A stretch of 64,000 nt of DNA. Origin: Myxococcota bacterium. GTDB taxonomy: Bacteria; Myxococcota_A; UBA796; GCA-2862545. The stretch lies in contig JBCCQY010000024.1 in the NCBI GenBank assembly GCA_039208735.1, positions 1 through 64,000 of the forward strand, in the 5' to 3' direction. How positions within the stretch are numbered: the stretch's first letter is position 1; the number at the start of each line of letters is the position of its first letter. The position numbers and the translations under genes were made by a program. Below, piece after piece: positions 1-10,873 of this stretch. Below the pieces are notes generated by a model. It ran no database searches. It saw only the letters and a list, made by a program, of their open reading frames with translations, and was not told where the DNA came from.

Positions 1-811
1 GGGGGCGTTCGGGAGGGAGCGGCGGGCGGGCCTTGGGGACCGGGGCAGGGGCCTGCCCTCCCTGGCTGTTCGGAGGGATGATTCGCGTGGGCTCGAGGTC
101 ATCAAGCCGGTCCACCGCGTGATGAGCCACGTCGTTGCCCACCGTGGCATCCTCGCTGGCGAAGTCGATCACGCCCTCGCGTAGGAGTTCCGCGATGAGC
201 AACCGTGCGCGAATGGGCTCGAACGGGCTGCCTTCAATGAGCTGACGCACGGTGCGGGGGCGTTCGTCGAGCCGTGCCACCAACAAGGCTCGCGCCGGCC
301 CCGTTCCCACATCGGCGGGCCCCCGTACGATTTCAGCATCGAGGTCGATGAGGGCTGCGGTATCGCAGTCATTGCACGCCGTACGAACCAGCGCATGCGT
401 GTCGTGGCCCATCTGGATGTTGTGCTCGAAGATGCCTCGACGCGGCAGGAATTGCGGGGAGGCGTCGCTCGACAGCACGTCGCAGAGGTTCTGGTAGAAG
501 CGGTCTCGCAAAATGCCGTCGAAAACCGGACCGCCGGCGAGTTCGAGGAGATCGCCAAAGATCTCCACGCCTTCCTTTGAACGTTGTTGCAAGGCGGCGG
601 CCTGCTTCGGCGACAGGATGCCTCGCACGCGCAGGACTTGCGTGATGCGAAAGGGATCATCATGCGCGGTCGCGGCAATCAGTGAGCCGTTCAGGAGGTG
701 CAAGGACCGATCGCGCCCTTCTCGACCGATGCGAAGCGAGCCGGTCGCCTGTTCGTCAACGTGGGACAGCAGCGCGATTGTCGCCGGATTCTCGCGGGCC
801 GTTCGGATCAC
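1..811 (-). CDS. DUF4388-like domain protein, 3'-truncated by the window edge (absent from ORF track)
   Basis: Manual translation from GTG at 811 (GAGGGAG Shine-Dalgarno upstream) is open to position 1: MIRTARENPATIALLSHVDEQATGSLRIGREGRDRSLHLLNGSLIAA...VLRVRGILS..., then a wHTH-like segment (RTVRQLIEGSPFEPIRARLLIAELLREGVI) and a Pro-rich tail. TGxLxI...lhl.nG.l..A resembles myxobacterial DUF4388 proteins. Confidence 0.7.
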   Translation of the reverse strand, partial: MIRTARENPATIALLSHVDEQATGSLRIGREGRDRSLHLLNGSLIAATAHDDPFRITQVLRVRGILSPKQAAALQQRSKEGVEIFGDLLELAGGPVFDGILRDRFYQNLCDVLSSDASPQFLPRRGIFEHNIQMGHDTHALVRTACNDCDTAALIDLDAEIVRGPADVGTGPARALLVARLDERPRTVRQLIEGSPFEPIRARLLIAELLREGVIDFASEDATVGNDVAHHAVDRLDDLEPTRIIPPNSQGGQAPAPVPKARPPLPPERP

Positions 812-889
812 TGCGCGCTCCCTCGAAACCTGAACCTGCCCGGGCAAGTCGCGCGAGCCCCCGGATTGTAGAGGGTCCGGCGAGCGCGG

Positions 890-1351
890 TCACCTTGGAC
901 CTTCATCGGCCTTGGGGACCGGAAGGTGGAGCACGTTGGTGTCGATGGGGGGAACGTCGATGGCATCGGGCTGGTACGCAGCAGGCTGAAACTGCGCCGC
1001 GGGGATCGGGTGGTGGACAACCGAGGGAGCCTCGGTGGCCGTGTCGCGAAGCACCCCAGCGGAAACCACACCGAGGAGGACCGCGGCCGCCACCACATAG
1101 CGTGCCCAACGCACTCGAGGTGCACTTGATTTCGGAATCAAATGCCGAGGGTCGGTTCGCGCCTCGAGCGTGCGCTGAACCTCGGGGGGAATCCGCAGTG
1201 GCCCTCCAAGGTGGAGCATGCGGAGCCGATTATCCCAATTCCGGCAGCGCTCGCAGCTTGCGAGGTGCTCGTTGAGTAGGACCCGGGCAGAAGGGCCGAG
1301 CTCCCCGTCATGGGCGGCGACGAGCTGTTCTTGTGCCTCAGAGCAACGCAT
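890..1351 (-). CDS. Zinc-binding (zf-HC2/ZAS) membrane anti-sigma factor
   Basis: MRCSEAQEQLVAAHDGEL...EHLASCERC (HxxxCxxC), one TM segment (YVVAAAVLLGVVSAGVL); directly downstream of the ECF sigma gene. Confidence 0.85.
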   Translation of the reverse strand: MRCSEAQEQLVAAHDGELGPSARVLLNEHLASCERCRNWDNRLRMLHLGGPLRIPPEVQRTLEARTDPRHLIPKSSAPRVRWARYVVAAAVLLGVVSAGVLRDTATEAPSVVHHPIPAAQFQPAAYQPDAIDVPPIDTNVLHLPVPKADEGPR

Positions 1352-1366
1352 GGCGCCTCCGGGCGG

Positions 1367-1948
1367 TTAGGAGCCGAGTTCCTGCATATCCAGGGCTTCC
1401 TGCAGGTGCATCTTCGCGCGCGACAGGCGCGACATCACCGTGCCCAGCTTGATGTTGAGCGCATCGCTGATTTCGGCGTACGAAAGGTCAGAGTAGTACC
1501 GCAGCATCAAGATCTTGCGGTGGTTCTCGGTCAGGCCTTCCATCGCCTTGAGAATCCGTTCCTGCTGCTGGCCGGCAAACACCAGGTCGGCCTGCTTGGC
1601 ATCGTCGGACGACTTCTGTGGGACGCTCTCGAGAATGGCGGCTCGCCGCTTCCGGTCTCGCACCATGTTGAAGCACATGTTGCTGGTCACGCGGTACAGC
1701 CAGGCTTTCATCTTGAATTCAGGAAGGAAGAACCGGGGTTCGCGCATGGCCTTGATGAAGACCTCCTGCGTGACATCAATGGCTTCCTGCCAGTCCTTCA
1801 GAATCCAAGCGGCGTGGTGGAACAGGCCGTCACGATAGCGGCGGACCAGGGCGTCCGCGGCCCGTGTGGGATCGACCTCGGCGAGAGCCTTGATCTCGGC
1901 GTCGTCGGGAATGTGGGCGGGGGAGGGCAGTGTCAGCAGATTGGACAT
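1367..1948 (-). CDS. ECF RNA polymerase sigma factor (sigma-70 family)
   Basis: Region 2 (EAIDVTQEVFIKA, KAWLYRVTSNMC) and region 4 (LSYAEISDALNIKLGTVMSRLSRAK); ATG at 1948 preceded by GAGGTG. Confidence 0.92.
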   Translation of the reverse strand: MSNLLTLPSPAHIPDDAEIKALAEVDPTRAADALVRRYRDGLFHHAAWILKDWQEAIDVTQEVFIKAMREPRFFLPEFKMKAWLYRVTSNMCFNMVRDRKRRAAILESVPQKSSDDAKQADLVFAGQQQERILKAMEGLTENHRKILMLRYYSDLSYAEISDALNIKLGTVMSRLSRAKMHLQEALDMQELGS

Positions 1949-2032
1949 GGGGGGCACCTCGTGCGTCTGTCTTTCAAGACGACACCCCTTCCCGGTTCCT
2001 TCGATGTACGACGAGTCGTGACAACTCAGACC

Positions 2033-3694
2033 TCAGTCGGTGAGCCCCGGGATTTGGACACCGCGGTCCTTCGCGGTCGTGATCGCCTCTTCGTAGCCTG
2101 CGTCGGCGTGGCGAATCACCCCCATGCCGGGGTCGCTCGTGAGCACCCGCTCCAGCCGTCGGGCGGCCGCATCGGTACCGTCGGCGACAATCACCATGCC
2201 TGAGTGCAGCGAGAATCCCATTCCCACCCCGCCTCCGTGATGGAAGCTCACCCAACTTGCGCCGTTGGCGGTGTTGATGAGGGCGTTGAGGATCGGCCAG
2301 TCGGCGACGGCGTCACTGCCATCCCGCATCGCTTCGGTCTCGCGATTCGGAGAGGCGACCGATCCGCAGTCGAGATGGTCGCGTCCCACGACGATGGGTG
2401 CGGAGACCTTACCCGTGCGCACGAGATCATTGAAGATGGCGCCGGCTTTGGCACGCTCCCCGTAGCCAAGCCAGCAGATGCGTGAGGGCAGCCCTTGGAA
2501 CACCACGCGTTCCCGGGCCAGCTCGAGCCAGTTGCGTAGCCCTTCATTTTCGGGGAACGCTTCGATCAGGGCCTCATCTGTCGCGTGAATGTCGGCCGGA
2601 TCGCCCGAGAGTGCCACCCAGCGGAAGGGCCCACGGCCTTCACAGAACTGAGGGCGAATGTAGGCGGGCACAAAGCCAGGGAAGGAAAACGCTCGAGTTT
2701 CGTCGAGTCCGCCTTCGACCGCGCCTGCGCGCAGGTTGTTCCCGTAGTCGAAGACATGCGCGCCTGACTCGCCAAGCGCCACCATCGCTTCCACATGGGT
2801 GGCCATCGACGACTGAGACCGGGCAACGTAGGCCTTGGGATCCGACGCGCGTAAGGTTTCGGCCGCTTCGGGCGTGAGTCCGGTAGGGATGTAGCCATGC
2901 AAGGGGTCGTGCGCTGACGTCTGGTCGGTCACCAAATCGACCTTCACGCCGCGTCGCACCAGTTCAGGCAACACGTCCGCGCAGTTGCCGACCAATCCCA
3001 CGGAACGGCCGACGCCCGCGGCCTGGTGCCGAGCCACCCGCGCCAGTGCATCATCGAGGTTGTCGGCTACTTCATCGAGGTATCGGGTCTCGATCCGGCG
3101 TTGAACCCTTGCCGGATCGACCTCGACGGCGAGGGTCACCCCGCCCGCAAGGGAAACGGCAAGCGGCTGCGCACCGCCCATGCCCCCAAGACCGCCCGTC
3201 ACGATGAGCTTGCCTTTGAGGGATGGCGTGCCGTAGTGTTCCTTCGCGGCCGACACAAAGGTCTCGTAAGTGCCTTGAAGGATCCCTTGGGTCCCGATGT
3301 AGATCCAGGAACCTGCCGTCATCTGGCCGTACATCATGAGGCCCTTGGCCTCGAGTTCGGCGAAGTGGTCCCAATTCGCCCAGCGACCCACCAGGTTCGA
3401 ATTGGCGATGAGCACGCGAGGGGCGTCGGGATGCGACGGAAAGACGCCCACCGGCTTACCGGACTGGACGAGCAAGGTCTCGTCGTCGCCAAGGCGCTGC
3501 AGGCAGTTCACAATGCGGTCGAAGGAAGGCCAGTCGCGGGCGGCCTTGCCGGTGCCGCCGTAAACCACGAGGTCTTCGGGTCGCTCGGCTACCTCGGGAT
3601 CGAGGTTGTTCATGAGCATCCGGAGGGCCGCTTCTTGGACCCATCCGCGACAAGAGAGTTCGGGGCCGCGCGGTGCGCGCACGATGCGTGACAT
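2033..3694 (-). CDS. hutU: Urocanate hydratase
   Basis: [75 protein letters not shown]. Confidence 0.98.
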   Translation of the reverse strand: MSRIVRAPRGPELSCRGWVQEAALRMLMNNLDPEVAERPEDLVVYGGTGKAARDWPSFDRIVNCLQRLGDDETLLVQSGKPVGVFPSHPDAPRVLIANSNLVGRWANWDHFAELEAKGLMMYGQMTAGSWIYIGTQGILQGTYETFVSAAKEHYGTPSLKGKLIVTGGLGGMGGAQPLAVSLAGGVTLAVEVDPARVQRRIETRYLDEVADNLDDALARVARHQAAGVGRSVGLVGNCADVLPELVRRGVKVDLVTDQTSAHDPLHGYIPTGLTPEAAETLRASDPKAYVARSQSSMATHVEAMVALGESGAHVFDYGNNLRAGAVEGGLDETRAFSFPGFVPAYIRPQFCEGRGPFRWVALSGDPADIHATDEALIEAFPENEGLRNWLELARERVVFQGLPSRICWLGYGERAKAGAIFNDLVRTGKVSAPIVVGRDHLDCGSVASPNRETEAMRDGSDAVADWPILNALINTANGASWVSFHHGGGVGMGFSLHSGMVIVADGTDAAARRLERVLTSDPGMGVIRHADAGYEEAITTAKDRGVQIPGLTD

Positions 3695-3758
3695 CGGGAC
3701 TCCTCGGTCAGAGGGCCAACGTAGCACCCCGAGGAGTCCTCTCCCGCCTCACGAAGGT

Positions 3759-3959
3759 TCAGCCTTTGGCTTCTTCGTTGTCTTCATCCTTGTGACGCTC
3801 GGCCCAGGACGCGGTGAACTGAACCTCGGTCTCCTCGAGTTCTTCCGCATCGTCGGGAAGTTCTTCGAGGTGAGCGTTGAGTTCCTGTACTGAGACTTCA
3901 CCCCGGCGGAGCCGGTGCTTGAGCGTACGAACGTCGAACTTCATGTCGGTGCGAATCAT
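3759..3959 (-). CDS. Small acidic conserved hypothetical protein downstream of rpoZ
   Basis: 66 aa, FDVRTLKHRLRRGEVSVQELNAHLEELPD; starts 2 nt after the rpoZ stop. Confidence 0.65.
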   Translation of the reverse strand: MIRTDMKFDVRTLKHRLRRGEVSVQELNAHLEELPDDAEELEETEVQFTASWAERHKDEDNEEAKG

Positions 3960-3961
3960 GA

Positions 3962-4240
3962 CTACGCCTCCGGCGGGAGCTCGTCGTCGACGGGCTCGGG
4001 GTTGGTCTGGCGGTGCAGCGGCTTCCAGCGGTCTTCGGCGAGGACCTCGGTGTCGTCGACCTTGAACTTATGGGCGGCAATCTCGCGCAACGCGGTCACG
4101 ACTTCTTTGTTGTCGTTGTCGTTGTCGATGAGAGGCTGGGCGCCCTTGAGGATGTGCTTGGTGCGTTCGGCAGCCACCAGAACCAGCGAAAAGCGGTTCG
4201 GTACAGCCTCGAGGCAGTCCTCGACGGTGATGCGGGCCAT
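3962..4240 (-). CDS. rpoZ: RNA polymerase omega subunit
   Basis: [26 protein letters not shown]...[12 protein letters not shown]. Confidence 0.97.
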   Translation of the reverse strand: MARITVEDCLEAVPNRFSLVLVAAERTKHILKGAQPLIDNDNDNKEVVTALREIAAHKFKVDDTEVLAEDRWKPLHRQTNPEPVDDELPPEA

Positions 4241-4399
4241 GCATGCTCCAGAGTGGGCGGGATGGGAGGGGACCGATCCCGGCTGTGGCGATCGAGGGAC
4301 GAGGGTCGACCGCACGGAGCCCGAAGGCTCCACCCGTCACCCATAGCTTCCTTTTGCAGGAACTTGCAAGTAGCCTACTGCAAGGCCCACGCCATTGGG

Positions 4400-5524
4400 T
4401 CAGGAGGAAGGTGGTACGTCGACCAGGGCGTGATGGAGGACCCGGACTGCATCATCGGCTTGTGCTCCGGGCACCTGCCACCACAGTGCATCGCCCTGGC
4501 CTCCTTCATCGAGCACCTCGATCGAGGACTGGCGCAGTGCGAGGCGAGCACAGTCGAGGATGGGCCACGACTCGCCGATTGCGGACCCGACCGCGGTGAC
4601 TACGGCAATCCCGATCGCCTGGCTGGGATGGGCGCCGTGGAGGTTGCGCACGTCGAGATGGGCGATTCCGCCGGCTCGCCGGCGGAGTCGAGCACCGGCT
4701 TCCAGCCACGCCTCGAGTGGCCCCGTGACCGCGACAAGTTGTTGGTCGGCGGTGACCGCATCGACCGAAGGGGTGGTCACGGATTGCCCTTTCGAGGGCA
4801 CGAGCCGGGTTCCTGCCCCCGGGCCGAAGGTTGTCGTGGCTCGGATGGCCACCCCATGATCGCGGGCGAAGCGCACGGCATCCTCGAAGAGGACCTTGGC
4901 CCCGCCGCGAGCAAGTTCCACTGCGACCGACAGGTCCATCGCATCGCGCCGCGTCGCTTCGGGAACGACCCGAGGGTCGGCCGACCAAACCCCGTCCACG
5001 TCGCTACAGATTTCGCAGTGCTCCGCCTTCAGAGCCGCCGCGAGCACCACGGCCGTCGTGTCGGAGCCGCCGCGGCCGAGCGTCGTGACCTCCCGCTGGC
5101 GGCTGACTCCCTGAAAGCCTGCGACAATGGCGACGTCATGATCCTCAAGCACGGCCAACAATCGGTCGGGGCGAATCTCCACCACCTGGGCGTCCGCATG
5201 GGTTTCGTCGGTCACGATGCCCGACTGCGATCCGGTGAGGGAGCGGGCGCGCAGCGAGTGTTCATGCAGGCACATCGCAAGCAGCGCCATGGTGATGCGT
5301 TCGCCGACGCTGACGAGCATGTCGAGTTCGCGGCGATCGGGGCTCTCGGACGCCTGGCGGGCCAACGCAAGCAGCTCGTTCGTCGTGTTGCCCATCGCTG
5401 AGACCACAGCGACAACCTTGGTTCCCTCGGCCGCTGTGGCTGCGATGCGTTCGGCCACCTTGCGGATCCGTGGAAGATCGGCGACCGAGGACCCGCCGTA
5501 CTTCTGCACTACCAACCGGCTCAT
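4400..5524 (-). CDS. lysC: Aspartate kinase (C-terminal ACT region divergent)
   Basis: [68 protein letters not shown]. Confidence 0.93.
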   Translation of the reverse strand: MSRLVVQKYGGSSVADLPRIRKVAERIAATAAEGTKVVAVVSAMGNTTNELLALARQASESPDRRELDMLVSVGERITMALLAMCLHEHSLRARSLTGSQSGIVTDETHADAQVVEIRPDRLLAVLEDHDVAIVAGFQGVSRQREVTTLGRGGSDTTAVVLAAALKAEHCEICSDVDGVWSADPRVVPEATRRDAMDLSVAVELARGGAKVLFEDAVRFARDHGVAIRATTTFGPGAGTRLVPSKGQSVTTPSVDAVTADQQLVAVTGPLEAWLEAGARLRRRAGGIAHLDVRNLHGAHPSQAIGIAVVTAVGSAIGESWPILDCARLALRQSSIEVLDEGGQGDALWWQVPGAQADDAVRVLHHALVDVPPSS

Positions 5525-5543
5525 CGCCTGTGCCCCCGCCCCG

Positions 5544-6293
5544 TCACCTACCAAGCTGGTCGTCGTCGTGCTCGGTGGCCTGCAGGAGCGCGCGTGCGAC
5601 CTCCTCGGCGAGTTGCACCAACGGCTCGGGATCGTTCACGGCTTGGGTGCACCACAGCGCGACCACCTGGCCGGTCACCACCGAGAGCGGATGCATGGCC
5701 ATCATCTCAATCAGCGGCTCGTGAACCTGGGCATCGAGCAAAAGCCGGCGGGTGCGGTCGGGTTGGTCCGTGGCGACGCGCAGCACGTGGTCCAGCACTG
5801 GGCTGTGAAGGTCGAGCTGCTCGTGGGGCTTCACCACCAAAGGCCGTGGTGAAATGAGGAGTCCGGGCACGAGGTTGCGCGGCAAGGTCACCAGGACCAG
5901 GATCGAGGGTGCCAGCCATTTGTGGTGATGGCGGATGCGACGTTGATGAACGCCTGTGGCCAGCCTCATGGCGCGTCGAGCGGGTCCCGGCCAACGGGAT
6001 GCGACCATGCGCACGAGCAGGCCGCCAGGGCGGTCTTGGGTCCAGGCGCGCGCGTCGTTGTCGGGAATCAGAAAGGCTGGGCGGCCGGCATCCACCGGAT
6101 TGACCGGCACGAGGGCTCGGACAGGGATGGCTTCGGGCGCCATGGCTCGACGTTTCGCGTGTTCCCCCGCCCCGTCCATCGTGAGGAGCGCGTATTCAAC
6201 GCGGTCTGTCAGCGCGTTGTGAGCCGCGCGAACCACCTGCACGAGGAACATGGCCAACACGATGCCAATCAGCAGTAGCGGTTCAATGCCCAC
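5544..6293 (-). CDS. Hypothetical protein with N-terminal TM helix
   Basis: 249-aa ORF, hydrophobic N-terminus, fills the gap upstream of lysC on the same strand. Confidence 0.6.
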   Translation of the reverse strand: MGIEPLLLIGIVLAMFLVQVVRAAHNALTDRVEYALLTMDGAGEHAKRRAMAPEAIPVRALVPVNPVDAGRPAFLIPDNDARAWTQDRPGGLLVRMVASRWPGPARRAMRLATGVHQRRIRHHHKWLAPSILVLVTLPRNLVPGLLISPRPLVVKPHEQLDLHSPVLDHVLRVATDQPDRTRRLLLDAQVHEPLIEMMAMHPLSVVTGQVVALWCTQAVNDPEPLVQLAEEVARALLQATEHDDDQLGR

Positions 6294-6337
6294 CCCCCAA
6301 TCTTAGCGATTCGGATGCCAAGCTTGGGTCACGAACG

Positions 6338-7087
6338 GTGACGCGGTGGGGGCGTTACGCGTGCGCCGTGAGGCGGATCTTCACGAACCCGGCCAATTGG
6401 ATGACCGCGGCCAGCATCGCGTGCGGCGTTGGGGCTTGCCTCGCCGTGGTCGACCAACCCAGCGTTTCCCGGGTGCGTCTGGCCTGCACCCTCATCATCG
6501 TGGCCGGCCTGCTCGATGCCGCGGATGGCACGGTGGCGCGCTGGCTCGGGCTCCGCAGTCGGTTTGGCGAGATGCTCGACAGCTTGGCCGACGCCGTATC
6601 GTTTGGCATGGCTCCGGCCATCGTGGTTTACGCGGGGGCCTTGCGGTCTCTGGGCGCCGTCGGAGCCTCCATCGCGGTGGCGTTCGTGGTCGCCGCACTA
6701 TTCCGACTCGCGCGTTTTCACGATCCGCCGGGGCCTTGGCCTTGGCCATCTCGTAGCCGGGGCCTTCCGACCACCATGGCCGGTGGGGCCACGGCCAGCG
6801 TGCTCCTGTGTCGAACCGAACTTGCCGTACCTGGTCCAGATGCGGTCATGGCCGGCGGCTTGATCGTGCTGATTGGGCTCATGCTCACGGAGTGGCCCTT
6901 TCCCACATTCAAGGACATCGCCAAGAATCGAAGGTCGATTCTGCACTTCGGGGGGCTTGTGATCCTCGACGCGGCGGCGGGTCTTGCGTTCGGAGGTGCC
7001 TGGTTCTTTGGCGTGGGCGCCCTGGCGTACTTGCTCACCGGGCTCCCGGACGCGCTTTGGGTGCGCTTCGGTCGTTCGCCGAGCTGA
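6338..7087 (+). CDS. pssA: CDP-alcohol phosphatidyltransferase (PssA-like)
   Basis: DAADGTVAR...SRFGEMLDSLADAVSFGMAPA signature; RLARF and GLPT motifs. Confidence 0.85.
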   Translation: MTRWGRYACAVRRIFTNPANWMTAASIACGVGACLAVVDQPSVSRVRLACTLIIVAGLLDAADGTVARWLGLRSRFGEMLDSLADAVSFGMAPAIVVYAGALRSLGAVGASIAVAFVVAALFRLARFHDPPGPWPWPSRSRGLPTTMAGGATASVLLCRTELAVPGPDAVMAGGLIVLIGLMLTEWPFPTFKDIAKNRRSILHFGGLVILDAAAGLAFGGAWFFGVGALAYLLTGLPDALWVRFGRSPS

Positions 7088-7148
7088 GATTCCCTTTCCG
7101 GTCTCCTGGACTCCGGGGTCACTGCTCACGAGACGAACCGGAGGAACC

Positions 7149-8063
7149 ATGATCGGGTTCGCGCTGTGGACGGCCTGCACGTCTGCGCCTTCGGGTCCTT
7201 TGGACCCCCCTCCCATCGAACCTCTCGAATGGGATTTTTCAACCGATGACACGCTTGAGCCCATCGACCTTGCGGCGGTGGGAAGTGCTCTGGACCGTGC
7301 GGTCGTCGACGTCCTGACCTATGACGCCCGGCCACTCATCGAGGGCTACCGCGACCGGCTGGCCACCAGTGGGACGCCAAACTGTCCGGCCATCACGGTG
7401 GATCCTGCGGGCAATCAGTACTGGGTTTCCGGTTGCTACGCCGACGATGGTTCGGTGTTTGGCGGATTCCTCTTCTACTATCCGCAAGTCGACAATTTCG
7501 ATGGGCAGTTCTTGTTTACCGGTGACAGCGTGGTGGGCAACGCGCGCATCGTCGATCCGATGGGTGATGCCATCGACATTCAAGGCAGCGCGGTGTTCCT
7601 CCGAGGACGCGCCGCGGACGATTCCTCAGAACTCGTTGTCAACAGTGTGAGCGGTGGGTTTGGGATGGATGCCGACGCGCCACGTTGGCTCGACGCAGGC
7701 CCTCAAAGTGCCAACGTCGAACTCGTAGGCTTGCAGTTCGTTGGCGGACTCGGGTTGGTCGTCCAGGCCACGGGGGCCATCGTGGTGGCCGATGACGACG
7801 GGACCTGGGCCGCCTCTTTCTCCGCCAATGCGATGGCCTTGGGGCCCTTGTCTGCCTGCGATTCCGAGCCGGGCGGGGTGGTTTCCGTACGGGACCCGGC
7901 GGGTCGCTGGATCGACATCGAATTCGACGGTCCCATCCTCGACGAGTCGGCAGGAGACGCTGCGGCTTGCGACGGCTGTGGCCAGGCTCGGGCCGACGGC
8001 GCCGAGTTGGGTCTGGTGTGTGCTGACTTCACGCCCTGGTTTTCTTGGGAGGCCCTGCCATGA
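7149..8063 (+). CDS. Putative Cys-patterned lipoprotein (paralogue of 10870-11766)
   Basis: GGAGG Shine-Dalgarno, MIGFALWTAC; C-terminal CDSEPGGVVSVR...WIDIEFD...CDGCG...LGLVCADF; stop overlaps the next ATG (ATGA). Confidence 0.7.
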   Translation: MIGFALWTACTSAPSGPLDPPPIEPLEWDFSTDDTLEPIDLAAVGSALDRAVVDVLTYDARPLIEGYRDRLATSGTPNCPAITVDPAGNQYWVSGCYADDGSVFGGFLFYYPQVDNFDGQFLFTGDSVVGNARIVDPMGDAIDIQGSAVFLRGRAADDSSELVVNSVSGGFGMDADAPRWLDAGPQSANVELVGLQFVGGLGLVVQATGAIVVADDDGTWAASFSANAMALGPLSACDSEPGGVVSVRDPAGRWIDIEFDGPILDESAGDAAACDGCGQARADGAELGLVCADFTPWFSWEALP

Positions 8064-9616
8064 TCGCGTTGTTGATGCTGTCCTGTGCAACCGAGGCGCC
8101 CATCGAGGCGGTGCCGGTGGTCAACGAACTTCCTGTCACCAAGCTTGCACGGCGGATTTCGCTTGATGTGCGCGGCATTGCGCCTACGATCGAGGACTAT
8201 CGAACGCTGCTGGCCGACGACAGCGAACTCGAACGACTCGTGGGGGAATGGCTCGGAGACGATCGGTTCGGCGACCGTGTGGTGGAGCTGTACTCCGAGA
8301 TTTACCTCACGCGCTCCGCCCCCCTTCCGTTCTCGGCGGATGTCTTGGGTCTGTCGGACCGCGCCGGCTTTGAGCGGTCCATCGGCGAAGAACCGTTGCG
8401 CATCTTGGCGCAAGTGGCCGAAAACGATCGGCCTTGGACCGAGATCGTAACCGCGGACTACACCATGGCCACGCCGTCGCTGGCCGAAGCCTTTTCCATC
8501 GATCGTCCCGCAGGCGAAGGATGGCAGGTGTCGCAGTACACCGATGGGCGGCCGTCTGCGGGCATCCTCAGCACCACGGGGATGTGGTGGCGCTACACCT
8601 CAACCCCGTCGAATGCGAATCGCAAACGGGCCAATCAGGTGAGTCGCATTCTGCTGTGCAACGACTACCTGACCCGACCGGTCGACTTTGACCGCAACGT
8701 GAACCTGCTCGACGAAGGAGCCGTCCTCGACGCGTTGCAGACCGATCCGGCTTGCGTATCCTGCCATGTCAGCCTCGATCCGCTCGCAGGCTACTTCTAC
8801 GGGTTCTGGATTCTCAACGAGGCCAGCGCCATCGATGCCAGTCGCTACCATCCGGAACGGGAGCGGTTGTGGGAGCCGATTACCGGGGTAGCGCCTGGGT
8901 ACTACGGTCAGCCCGGGTTTGACCTTCAGGATCTGGGCGTTCAAGTCGCGAGTGACCCCAGGTTTGTCGAGTGTGCAGTCGACCAGGCCTACGAACTCTT
9001 GCTGCGACGCGACCCCGCGTTTGCCGATGAGGCCGCATTGACGGAACACCGTCAGGCCTTCATTCAGGGCGGCTTGACCCTCCGTTCGCTGTTTGCCTCG
9101 ATCCTGGCCGATCCGCTGTACCGCGCCACGCATGACGACGACGAAGGAGCCGCCTCGCTGCGCTACGTCACGCCGGACCTGTTGGCGAGCCAAGTCGAGG
9201 GCCTGACCGGCTTTCGTTGGACCTTCACGGGTGACGACATGCTCTCGACCGACCGGGTTGGCCTACGTACGCTGGCCGGAGGAGCCGATGGCTACGCCGT
9301 CACCGAGGTGAGCCGGACGCCCAATGCCACGTCTGTGCTCGTACAACAGCGACTCGCCGAATTGGCGGTGGCGCAGCTGCAAGCCGAGGGAGCGTCGCCG
9401 TGGTTCGGGGTTGTGGAGCCCAACGCGGATCCTGAGCCTCAGCGCATCGCAGATCTCGTCCTGGCCGTGTTGGGCGACCCGGTGGCGACCGACTCCGAGC
9501 CCGTCACCGCGTTGGCAGCGCTGTTCGGCGAGATCGAGAAGGCTGAGGGGCGACCGTCGGCCTGGGCCGGTCTCGTCTATGCCCTGTTCCGTGACCCCGA
9601 CTTCGTGACCTACTGA
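8060..9616 (+). CDS. DUF1585/DUF1588/DUF1549-type protein with a c-type heme motif
   Basis: LARRISLDVRGIAPT, AGILSTTGMWWRY, NRKRAN, CVSCH (CxxCH) followed by LDPLA, SDPRFVECAV; adjacent to a DUF1501 gene. Confidence 0.7.
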   Translation: MIALLMLSCATEAPIEAVPVVNELPVTKLARRISLDVRGIAPTIEDYRTLLADDSELERLVGEWLGDDRFGDRVVELYSEIYLTRSAPLPFSADVLGLSDRAGFERSIGEEPLRILAQVAENDRPWTEIVTADYTMATPSLAEAFSIDRPAGEGWQVSQYTDGRPSAGILSTTGMWWRYTSTPSNANRKRANQVSRILLCNDYLTRPVDFDRNVNLLDEGAVLDALQTDPACVSCHVSLDPLAGYFYGFWILNEASAIDASRYHPERERLWEPITGVAPGYYGQPGFDLQDLGVQVASDPRFVECAVDQAYELLLRRDPAFADEAALTEHRQAFIQGGLTLRSLFASILADPLYRATHDDDEGAASLRYVTPDLLASQVEGLTGFRWTFTGDDMLSTDRVGLRTLAGGADGYAVTEVSRTPNATSVLVQQRLAELAVAQLQAEGASPWFGVVEPNADPEPQRIADLVLAVLGDPVATDSEPVTALAALFGEIEKAEGRPSAWAGLVYALFRDPDFVTY

Positions 9617-9628
9617 CCGGAGCCCGAC

Positions 9629-10873
9629 ATGAATCGTAGGCACTTCCTGACTGGGTCCGCCGCGGCGGCGGGCCTCCTGCTCGCGAAACCAAGCCATGCC
9701 ACGGTCTCTGCGAGCGACCGCAAGTTTATCTTCGTGTTTGCCCAGGGGGGCTGGGACCCGACCCGCGTGTTCGCCCCGGAGTTCGCAAACCCCGACATCG
9801 ACATGGAACCCAACGGCGCGCGACGGACGATGGGGGGCCTTACCTACGTCGATCATCCGTTGCGTCCTTCGGTGTCCGCCTTCATGGCGCAGCACCACGC
9901 CCGCACCCTCGTCCTCAACGGGGTGTTGGTCCGCTCCATCGCGCATGAGATCTGCACGATGATTGCGATGACGGGCGACTCGTCCGGTCTTTTGCCGGAC
10001 TGGCCGGCCCGGTTGGCCACGGTGGGCGAGCCCACCACGGTTCCCCACCTGGTCCTGGGCGGGCCTTCCTTCCCGGGTCCCCTCGGGGCGGCAGTGGCGC
10101 GCACCGGGGGCGCAGGCCAACTCGAGGCGCTGCTTTCAGGCAGCATCACGGACTGGTCGGATGGGGCCACGGGAGGGCTTCCCCGCACGACCCAGCAGCT
10201 GGTGGATGCGTTCACGTTGCGTCGTGCGGCGGGTGCGGCGGCTGCAGTCACGGGGGGCAATGGTCAGGCGCTGGTGGATGCGTACGCCCAAGCTGCCACC
10301 TCGGCCGACGACCTCAAGAACCTCCGTTACACGATGGACTTCACGGTGGGCCCCACGATGGTGGAGCAGATTCCCGTTGCGGTCGAGGCGTTGTCCATCG
10401 GGATGTCGCGCTGTGTGACGCTGTCGGCCGGCACGACCTGGGACACCCACGCCGACAATGATGCGCTGCAATCGCCCCTGTTCGAGGCCGCTTTCCAGGG
10501 CCTCAATCAGCTCTTGGAGACCTTGCGCGCAACGCCAGGTCAGGTCGTCGGGCAGACCTTGGCCGACGAAACCATCGTGGTGGTGATGTCCGAGATGGGT
10601 CGGACGCCGCGATTGAACAACTTCGCGGGCAAGGATCACTGGCCTTACACCTCGTGGATGCTCGTGGGGGACGGGCTCACCGGGGACCGCGTGGTCGGGG
10701 GCTACGACGACCTCTACTACGGCCTTGGAGTGGATCCGGGATCTGGTGATCCACGTGTGGACGCCCAACTGCTCTCTGCCGAAGCCGTGGGGGCCACCCT
10801 GCTTCAGCTCGCGGACGTCGACCCTGCCGAGCTTCTGCCGGGCGTGACGCCGGTGACCGGGGTGATCGCATGA
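9629..10873 (+). CDS. DUF1501 family protein with Tat signal
   Basis: MNRRHFL twin-arginine; FIFVFAQGGWD, WDTH, VVMSEMGRTPRLN, GKDHWP. Confidence 0.88.
   Translation: MNRRHFLTGSAAAAGLLLAKPSHATVSASDRKFIFVFAQGGWDPTRVFAPEFANPDIDMEPNGARRTMGGLTYVDHPLRPSVSAFMAQHHARTLVLNGVLVRSIAHEICTMIAMTGDSSGLLPDWPARLATVGEPTTVPHLVLGGPSFPGPLGAAVARTGGAGQLEALLSGSITDWSDGATGGLPRTTQQLVDAFTLRRAAGAAAAVTGGNGQALVDAYAQAATSADDLKNLRYTMDFTVGPTMVEQIPVAVEALSIGMSRCVTLSAGTTWDTHADNDALQSPLFEAAFQGLNQLLETLRATPGQVVGQTLADETIVVVMSEMGRTPRLNNFAGKDHWPYTSWMLVGDGLTGDRVVGGYDDLYYGLGVDPGSGDPRVDAQLLSAEAVGATLLQLADVDPAELLPGVTPVTGVIA

Noticed and set aside
1975..2000. GGAAC...CGTC upstream of the ECF sigma gene as an autoregulatory promoter
   Set aside because: Spacer between AAC and CGTC is 13 nt, shorter than the usual 16-17.
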